DNA from: Nitrosopumilus sp.
GTDB taxonomy: Archaea > Thermoproteota > Nitrososphaeria > Nitrososphaerales > Nitrosopumilaceae
DNA length: 32,000 nt
Direction of reading: 5' to 3'
Assembly: GCF_965263415.1 (NCBI RefSeq)
Contig: NZ_OZ253671.1
Span: 1,292,347 to 1,324,346, forward strand
Numbering within the stretch: position 1 is the stretch's first letter; each line of letters opens with the position of its first letter. The notes below the pieces were generated by a model. The model had not been told where the DNA came from, did not search any database, and worked only from the letters and a program-made list of their open reading frames with translations. Below, piece by piece: positions 9,985-16,218 of this stretch. Made by a program: the position numbers and the translations under genes.

Positions 9985-10719
9985 CTAATTACACACGGTA
10001 AAGTTATCGTCATTATCATCATACAGATGTTGAATAGCATCTATATGACATTCAGATATGTATGGAATTTCAGTAAGAATCATACTTGACATCAAATCAT
10101 CTGAATCAATAGAATGGCCTAGACCAAGAGCATGTCCAAATTCATGTCTTATGATAGTTGTTAAATCATCAGCAGATAATTTTTCTACATCATAAATTAC
10201 AATATGAGATTGTAAAATTTCACGATCATGAGTCATGATTCTAGCATATCCAGAATATCCATCAGACTCTTTATAATTTGAAAATTGAATTACAATGTTA
10301 TTTTCATTACTTAATGTAGAAACAATGTTGAATTTTGCAGGAATATTGTTTTTAGTATCAATATTTTTAGCAGCAGTTAATGCACCTTCCCAACCCAAAT
10401 AATAGGTGGATTTTGAATTTACCAAGTTATCATTGGATGGATTATCTAATTCAATTGTGTCATGAGATGTTAACGCATAAACAACTGCATCAAGTTGTTC
10501 ATCAGTTAACAGATGACTACCTAAAAAGACAACATCTAGTTCTTCATGGGGTAAAACATTCCAAAATGCAGAAGTGATGATTCCGTTTTTTTCAAGAGAA
10601 AGGAATTTGGATGTTAATGGTGCAACTGCATCAGTATCTTGGATAAAACCAGATAATGAGATCATCAAAAATCCTGCCAACATACAAGAGAAGACTTTGG
10701 AATTTAGTCTGATTTTCAT
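9985..10719 (-). CDS. Secreted zinc metalloprotease, matrixin-like metzincin (M10)
   Basis: 244 aa. Signal peptide, then HEFGHALGLGHS (HExxHxxGxxH) followed by a Met-turn candidate DDLMS. Confidence 0.8.
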   Translation of the reverse strand: MKIRLNSKVFSCMLAGFLMISLSGFIQDTDAVAPLTSKFLSLEKNGIITSAFWNVLPHEELDVVFLGSHLLTDEQLDAVVYALTSHDTIELDNPSNDNLVNSKSTYYLGWEGALTAAKNIDTKNNIPAKFNIVSTLSNENNIVIQFSNYKESDGYSGYARIMTHDREILQSHIVIYDVEKLSADDLTTIIRHEFGHALGLGHSIDSDDLMSSMILTEIPYISECHIDAIQHLYDDNDDNFTVCN

Positions 10720-10726
10720 ATTTTTG

Positions 10727-10784
10727 ACCTATTTCCCAAAGTTGGGAATAAGGTATAAAGTTACCTATTTCCCAAAGTTGGGAA
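10727..10784. promoter_or_regulatory. Two identical 22-bp elements (ACCTATTTCCCAAAGTTGGGAA), 36 bp apart, flanking a TATA box; candidate operator
   Basis: Copies at 10727-10748 and 10763-10784. Each contains TTCCCAA-AG-TTGGGAA (7-nt inverted arms; cores 10733-10748 and 10769-10784). TATAAA at 10754-10759 (TTTATA on the minus strand) lies between them, about 37 nt upstream of the protease ATG at 10719. Confidence 0.5.
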
Positions 10785-10888
10785 CTACATTTAGGCGTAA
10801 AACAGCGTGCCTGAAATGGATGTAAACAGAAAATAGAAGAGATCGCCTTCCTATAGGCATATAAGATTTCAGCAATCAAAATTAGACC

Positions 10889-12013
10889 TTGAAGAAAAAA
10901 TTGAAATTTGTGGATGCAGAATTGCTTGAAATTAAACAAAACAACCTGTATAGAAAATTAAAGTTTGGGAAAATACAAAAGGAATCCATTACAATTAACG
11001 GTAAAAAATTATTAAATTTGTGTTCAAATGATTATCTTGGATTACCAGTAACTAAACTACAAACAAACCAACTTCAATCAAGTTCAAGATTAGTTTCAGG
11101 AAATGATGAATCATACTTAAAACTAGAAAAAGAGCTTGCAAAACACAAATCCCAACAAAACAGTTTGATTTATCCTACAGGATACATGGCAAATCTTGGT
11201 TCAATTTCTGCAATTGCAAAAAAAGGAGATTTAATTCTAAGTGACGAATTAAATCATGCAAGTATTATAGAGTCATGCAAATTAACAGATGCCAAAGTTT
11301 CAGTGTACAGACATAATGATATGCAAGATTTACAATCTAAATCAAAACAAAAAGCACAAAACAAGTTTATCATAACTGAAGGAATATTTAGCATGGATGG
11401 AGATGTATCACACTTAAAACAAATTACAGAGATTGCAGAGAAAACCAATGCGATAACAATTGTAGATGATGCACATGGCGATTTCGTAGTAGGAAAAGAC
11501 GGAAAAGGAACACCAAATTATTTTAACGTTGGGAAAAAAATTGATTTGTATGTTAGTAGCTTAAGTAAGGGATTAGGATCATTTGGAGGATACATTGCAG
11601 CACAAAATAATGTGGTTGATTTGTGTATAAACAAATCAAAGTCATTCATTTACACATCAGCACTGCCATCACTTTTAGTAAAACATTCTCTAAAGCGATT
11701 CAAATCAAATAGAGAAAAACAAAGAAAAAAACTAGAAAAAAATACAAAATCATTAGCAAAAGGCCTCAGAGAGATAGGTTTTGAGATAAACTCAGAATCT
11801 CAGATAATTCCAATAATTATAGGAAAAGAAAAGTTAGCCATGGACTTTGGTAAATTCTTATTTGAAAATGGAGTATTTGCACAGCCCATAAGATATCCTA
11901 CAGTACCAAAGAATCAAGCCAGATTGAGGATTTCAGTCACAGCATGGCTAAATGACAAGGATGTTGAGAGAGCCTTTGAGATATTTGAAAAAGCATACGT
12001 AAAATTCTGCTAA
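10889..12013 (+). CDS. bioF: 8-amino-7-oxononanoate synthase
   Basis: 374 aa. N-terminal ..NNLYRKL, PLP-enzyme blocks (SNDYLGL, DDAHG, SSLSKGLGSFGGY with the PLP lysine). TTG start with CATATAAG about 25 nt upstream. Confidence 0.85.
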   Translation: MKKKLKFVDAELLEIKQNNLYRKLKFGKIQKESITINGKKLLNLCSNDYLGLPVTKLQTNQLQSSSRLVSGNDESYLKLEKELAKHKSQQNSLIYPTGYMANLGSISAIAKKGDLILSDELNHASIIESCKLTDAKVSVYRHNDMQDLQSKSKQKAQNKFIITEGIFSMDGDVSHLKQITEIAEKTNAITIVDDAHGDFVVGKDGKGTPNYFNVGKKIDLYVSSLSKGLGSFGGYIAAQNNVVDLCINKSKSFIYTSALPSLLVKHSLKRFKSNREKQRKKLEKNTKSLAKGLREIGFEINSESQIIPIIIGKEKLAMDFGKFLFENGVFAQPIRYPTVPKNQARLRISVTAWLNDKDVERAFEIFEKAYVKFC

Positions 12014-12118
12014 TTATCTCATAGCGTCAAAGCCACCAAACATTGGAGATCCAATCAAAACAGCAGCCACAACTACGATACCCAAAACAATACCGACTAT
12101 CACAAATCGCTTATTCAT
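12014..12118 (-). CDS. Possible 34-aa single-TM micro-protein
   Basis: Own translation: MNKRFVIVGIVLGIVVVAAVLIGSPMFGGFDAMR. Below the ORF-track size cut-off; no further support. Confidence 0.25.
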   Translation of the reverse strand: MNKRFVIVGIVLGIVVVAAVLIGSPMFGGFDAMR

Positions 12119-12214
12119 ACCAAAATTAGTCAAACCCCAGTTAAAAACGGATTGTATGGATATTTGGTAAAAATCTGGAAGAATGCTTTAAAGTAAAAAT
12201 TACAACTTTAGTAC

Positions 12215-12949
12215 ATGGCAGAGATAAGTCTAGCAGTTGCAGCATTGGCAGGACTAGGTTCATTTGTTGCACCATGTATCTTGCCCATGATTCCTGCATT
12301 TCTTGCATATCTTTCAGGAACTACACTTTCAGAATTAAACCAAAAAGATGGAACAAAGACAGTTTCAATTAACAGAGCAAACATTATCCTAAACTCTGTA
12401 TTCTTTGTACTTGGATTTTCTGTAGTTTTTTCAACATTAGGAGTAATAATCAACAGTACACTTTCATCAACGTCAGGAGAGATAGTAGATGGATTTAACC
12501 AGATAGGGGGAATAATCATTATCGGATTTGGGATATTCTTACTTCTTTCAATGAAGATAAACAAATTAAATTTAGAAAAGAAATTTTTCCCAAAAAGATC
12601 AAAGGCAAGTTATCCAATGTCATTTGTTTTTGGTTTGGCATTTGCAGCAGGTTGGACTCCATGTGTTGGACCAATATTAGGAACAATACTTACGCTTGCA
12701 GCAACAACACCATCAGTTGCATTCAATTTACTTTTAGTATATTCATTGGGATTAGGAATTCCATTTATCTTAATTGGAGTGTTTTATTCTAGAGCAAGTA
12801 AAATAATTCGTTCAATGAATAAACATCTAAAATATTACAACATAGTTCTTGGCGGATTCATTATAGCATTAGGAGTTCTAGTATACACGAATCAACTAGC
12901 ATATATTGCAAACTTTCCACTTCTCAATGAACTGTTACTACTAGGGTGA
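12215..12949 (+). CDS. ccdA: CcdA/DsbD-family transmembrane thiol-disulfide electron transporter
   Basis: 244 aa, polytopic. The two signature Cys-Pro motifs are present: APCILPMIP and WTPCVGP. Confidence 0.85.
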   Translation: MAEISLAVAALAGLGSFVAPCILPMIPAFLAYLSGTTLSELNQKDGTKTVSINRANIILNSVFFVLGFSVVFSTLGVIINSTLSSTSGEIVDGFNQIGGIIIIGFGIFLLLSMKINKLNLEKKFFPKRSKASYPMSFVFGLAFAAGWTPCVGPILGTILTLAATTPSVAFNLLLVYSLGLGIPFILIGVFYSRASKIIRSMNKHLKYYNIVLGGFIIALGVLVYTNQLAYIANFPLLNELLLLG

Positions 12950-12953
12950 TGAA

Positions 12954-14054
12954 ATGAAATCAGAAATTAAAACAGCAATTATTCTTGCAGCAGTAATAGG
13001 AATAGGAATCACGGCCCTAAGTTTGTCATTTTCAACACTTGATCAGCCTAGTGTTTCACACATGTCAAATGATGACTCAAGTACTATAGACAAGTCTGGA
13101 TTCAAAAAAGCACCTGACTTGGTAGGAATTGCTCACTATCTGAATACAACTCCTGAAGAATTAACACAAGAAATTGAAGGCAAAGTAGTGCTGTATGACA
13201 TTTGGACATATAGCTGCATTAATTGTATCAGAACTCTACCATACATCACAGCTTGGGATGACAAATATGCTGATCAGGGATTGTTAATTGTTGGAGTACA
13301 TTCTCCAGAATTTGAATTTGAAAAAGTTCCTGAAAATGTACAAATGTCAATTGAAAAACACGGAATCAATTATCCAGTTGTCATGGATAATGACATGGAG
13401 ACTTGGAAAGCATTTGAAAACAGATACTGGCCAAGAAAGTACATTGCAGATCATGAAGGGTACATCAGATATGATCATATTGGAGAGGGAGGATATCAAG
13501 AAACTGAAAAAATCATTCAACAATTAATCAAAGAAAGATCTGATGCATTAGGAATTCAAATGGCATCTGCCTCATCACTAGTAGATATTGAAGAGTTTGA
13601 GCATTCGTTGTTTAGAACGCCAGAATTGTATTTCGGGTATTACTTTGCACAAAACAGAAATCAGTTAGGAAGTGAAGAGGGATTCCAACCAGAAAAAACA
13701 GTTGTGTATGAAGAGTCAGATAAAATAGAATTGCACAAGTTCTATCCAATTGGAACGTGGCAAAACCACGAAGACAGTATGGAGTTAATTTCTGAAGAAG
13801 GAGAGATAAAGTTACTGTACAATGCAAAAGAAGTAAACATTGTTACTGCAAACAATGCTGAACTTGAGATTTATCTTGATGAGGAATCATTACCAGCACA
13901 ATACTCTGGTAATGACATTACATCTGGAAATATTCTAAGTGTGTCTGAACCAGGATTATACAACATCATTACCAGTGAAGAGAGTGCGTCTCATGTATTG
14001 GAGATAAAAGTCAAGGGTAAAGGATTTCAAATATTCACATTTACCTTTGGATAG
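12954..14054 (+). CDS. Membrane-anchored thioredoxin-like protein, DipZ C-terminal type (Trx domain plus extra beta-rich C-terminal domain)
   Basis: 366 aa. TM anchor, WTYSCINCIRTLPY (CxxC), GVHSPEFEFEK and YWPRKYI blocks as I recall them from DipZ-type proteins, then about 170 aa of extra domain. Starts 4 nt after ccdA. Confidence 0.8.
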   Translation: MKSEIKTAIILAAVIGIGITALSLSFSTLDQPSVSHMSNDDSSTIDKSGFKKAPDLVGIAHYLNTTPEELTQEIEGKVVLYDIWTYSCINCIRTLPYITAWDDKYADQGLLIVGVHSPEFEFEKVPENVQMSIEKHGINYPVVMDNDMETWKAFENRYWPRKYIADHEGYIRYDHIGEGGYQETEKIIQQLIKERSDALGIQMASASSLVDIEEFEHSLFRTPELYFGYYFAQNRNQLGSEEGFQPEKTVVYEESDKIELHKFYPIGTWQNHEDSMELISEEGEIKLLYNAKEVNIVTANNAELEIYLDEESLPAQYSGNDITSGNILSVSEPGLYNIITSEESASHVLEIKVKGKGFQIFTFTFG

Positions 14055-14101
14055 TGTAACTACAACTATCTGTCACTCCAGTTACACTAGGCAGAGTGAC
14101 A
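14052..14101 (+). other. Two interleaved stem candidates (10 bp and 8 bp) at the 3' end of the DipZ-like gene
   Basis: TAGTGTAACT (14052-14061) pairs with AGTTACACTA (14080-14089). TGTCACTC (14071-14078) pairs with GAGTGACA (14094-14101). Each 5' or 3' arm lies in the other stem's loop. Confidence 0.3.
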
Positions 14102-14144
14102 AATCTCTTTAAAACAAAATTTTTGACCAATATCGATAATCATC

Positions 14145-14795
14145 ATGCTAAGTAACTCTTGGAACAACACAGGGGGAGAAAGTATTTCCCAAAAAGTCAT
14201 GGGAAAAGTAAAGCCTGATGAGCCACTAAAGAACAAAATCGACTTTGCGCAAAAAAAATTACAGTTTCAAATTACAAAATTAGATGGAATTAATGAAAAA
14301 TTACGAGTAAAACATGATCAGATTTTTGAAAAAATAGTTTCTGCTCATAAAAGTAACAAAGGTGCTTATGCTCAAGCATATGCAAACGAACTAGCTCAAG
14401 TAAGAAAGATGAAAAACATGGTAAGTGGTGCCAAACTTTCAATGGAGCAAGTCAAACTTAGACTAGATACAGTATCAGAATTAGGAGATGTAGTAGTCAC
14501 ACTCAGTCCATGCATGTCAATAATTAAGGGATTAGCCCCATCACTTAACGGAATTATGCCAGAGGCAAACGCATCAATGCAAGACTTGTCATCAGTACTT
14601 GGTGATGTAATGTCAGGCTCATCAGTAGAGTTAGGAGATTCTATGAGTGTCGGTCCAGAAACCAACGCAGATACATTGGCAATCTTAGAAGAAGCACAAG
14701 GTGTCATTGCCGGTCAAACAAAAGCATCAATTCCAGATGTTCCAGATTCTCTCAAACAACAAATTGTTGAGAAGAAAACAGACATCTTTATCTAA
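14145..14795 (+). CDS. cdvB: ESCRT-III / CdvB-family cell-division protein paralog (no C-terminal winged helix)
   Basis: 216 aa. IFEKIVSAH..AYAQAYANELAQVRKMKN...MEQVKLRLDTVSELGDV..LSPCMSIIKGL aligns by eye with my recollection of Sulfolobus CdvB (DLFEKVIRSQ..IYAQEISDIRKM..IEKVRLKLDTVQELQGV). Confidence 0.8.
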   Translation: MLSNSWNNTGGESISQKVMGKVKPDEPLKNKIDFAQKKLQFQITKLDGINEKLRVKHDQIFEKIVSAHKSNKGAYAQAYANELAQVRKMKNMVSGAKLSMEQVKLRLDTVSELGDVVVTLSPCMSIIKGLAPSLNGIMPEANASMQDLSSVLGDVMSGSSVELGDSMSVGPETNADTLAILEEAQGVIAGQTKASIPDVPDSLKQQIVEKKTDIFI

Positions 14796-15082
14796 AAAAT
14801 TATTTGAAAAAAAAATAAACCATTGGAAAATTGGATGTGGACGCTATGCCAATAGTAATACATCCATAGACGTCAAGTCAGGGCTAATGTAATATCCAAT
14901 TTTTCCAATGATTGATCTTGAATGACCTGTAAAGGAACGTCAGACATTGATTTCAAGATCATAGGTATTTACGAAATCAGATTATTAAGAAGGAGGGAAG
15001 TTTTATTTTGATAGTTTACAGATATAGAACAAAAATGCATATTCGTCAAATGATTTAATTAAAAAAATCATCAAGACATAAC

Positions 15083-15382
15083 ATGAGTGATGAGAAAAGT
15101 CCTTGGGTGCTTGTAAGTAATGTTTCAAAAGATACCAATCCACAAGATCTAGAAAGAATTGCTCCACAAATCTCAACACTTGTTGATGAATGGCAATCTC
15201 AAGGAAGAATTATGTGGTCAGGTGCGTTTGATAACCAAGTATCATCAATGGCCGTGTTTGAAGCAACAGAAGAAGAAGCAAAAGAGTTTTTCAAAAAATA
15301 TGAAAGTATTTGTTCTGGTGTTTTGGGTTATTATCTCTATAAATGGGATGCAATGCCAATTCTTTCAGTTCTAGCAAAGTAA
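15083..15382 (+). CDS. Hypothetical protein, possibly YciI-like alpha/beta fold
   Basis: 99-aa ORF. The pattern GRIMWSGAF...MAVFEATEEEAKEF is reminiscent of YCII-type proteins, but the similarity is weak. Confidence 0.45.
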   Translation: MSDEKSPWVLVSNVSKDTNPQDLERIAPQISTLVDEWQSQGRIMWSGAFDNQVSSMAVFEATEEEAKEFFKKYESICSGVLGYYLYKWDAMPILSVLAK

Positions 15383-15414
15383 CTGAAAGAAATTTTTTAT
15401 TTTTTTGATTTAAA

Positions 15415-15549
15415 ATGAAAGATGAATTATGTAGATTTTGTGGTTGTGAGATAAAAGAAAACACAAAATGTGATAAATGCAGGTTAGTGATTTCGACAAT
15501 TTGTAAATGTTGTAAGAAGATTACAGAAATTCAAACACATATTCATTGA
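15415..15549 (+). CDS. Possible 44-aa zinc-ribbon micro-protein
   Basis: Own translation: MKDELCRFCGCEIKENTKCDKCRLVISTICKCCKKITEIQTHIH, with CxxC...CxxC...CxCC. Below the track cut-off. Confidence 0.4.
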   Translation: MKDELCRFCGCEIKENTKCDKCRLVISTICKCCKKITEIQTHIH

Positions 15550-15565
15550 AAATATCTCTAAAACA

Positions 15566-15844
15566 TCATGTTTGTAATTTTTCTAGATAGTCTTTTCCAT
15601 GTAAAAATAAGATTCCTTGAATTTCTCGTTTATCCTCCAAAGTAGGATTTTTGTGAAATAATCTAAAGAATTGATTAATACAAAAATCTTCTACTTTTGC
15701 CATATGCCATCCATACAAAAAATCAACTTCACTCTTACAATTCCAAATTGATGAAATGTTTGAGTTTTTTTCATTATGAATTTCGTTTAAGGTTTTTTCT
15801 AATTCTACTTCCAATAATTTTCTAAATTCAATGTCTAATGCCAT
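15566..15844 (-). CDS. Uncharacterised small protein, paralog of 29747-30034
   Basis: 92 aa. Shares M-x-LD-x-EF-x-K, IWNC-x4-DFL-x-G and H-x3-PT-x-[DE] blocks with the 95-aa ORF at 29747-30034. Confidence 0.6.
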   Translation of the reverse strand: MALDIEFRKLLEVELEKTLNEIHNEKNSNISSIWNCKSEVDFLYGWHMAKVEDFCINQFFRLFHKNPTLEDKREIQGILFLHGKDYLEKLQT

Positions 15845-15941
15845 AATTAGATCAAAAACTTTGGGTTAATGACAATAATCATGATTCTATGATTTTAGAA
15901 TATAGAATATCATTATAGTATAATTTGAAAAAATTTACGAT

Positions 15942-16109
15942 GTGGGGTGCAGAGGTATTTGTGAAAGGTATAGATCAGAAAGAAAAAGATACCAAATAGG
16001 TGTAAAACGATGTACATCATGTGATGCATACATACAAACAGACAATGCACAATGTCCATGCTGTGGCACAGCATTAAGAACAAAACGTAAATCAAAATTA
16101 AAAAAATAA
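15942..16109 (+). CDS. Possible 55-aa zinc-ribbon protein (GTG start)
   Basis: Own translation: (M)GCRGICERYRSERKRYQIGVKRCTSCDAYIQTDNAQCPCCGTALRTKRKSKLKK, with four Cys pairs and a basic tail. TATA-like TTATAGTATAA lies about 25 nt upstream. The track's antisense ORF 15913-16149 looks non-protein-like. Confidence 0.45.
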   Translation: MGCRGICERYRSERKRYQIGVKRCTSCDAYIQTDNAQCPCCGTALRTKRKSKLKK

Positions 16110-16218
16110 AAAAATTTTTTCGAGAACCGATAATTGAGATAATTCTCATTACATAGAGTTAGAATAATTTCGAAGAATGTACCGATCGTTTAAATGAAAA
16201 ATTTCAAGTCAAGTTACA

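Noticed and set aside
10574-10939. Track ORFs 10574-10825 (+) and 10631-10939 (-) spanning the protease/bioF intergenic region, including a repeated peptide TYFPKLG
   Set aside because: The repeated peptide is just the translation of the duplicated 22-bp palindromic element. The ORFs overlap the start of the well-supported protease gene and the promoter region, and have odd composition. They are better explained as non-coding regulatory DNA.
14796-15082. 287-bp gene-free spacer after cdvB as a C/D-box sRNA or other ncRNA (ATGATTGA, CTGT/CAGA-like boxes, short complementary segments GGATGT/ACATCC and GACGCTATG/CATAGACGTC)
   Set aside because: No canonical RUGAUGA...CUGA box pairs at the right spacing. 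The complementary segments are short and crossing. Only trivially short peptides can be read. It remains unexplained, but nothing is supportable.
15913-16149. 78-aa minus-strand ORF from the track
   Set aside because: Composition (F, L, I, H, C, M rich) looks like an antisense artefact. The plus strand encodes a four-Cys-pair zinc-ribbon peptide with a properly spaced TATA-like box, which I consider the more likely gene.
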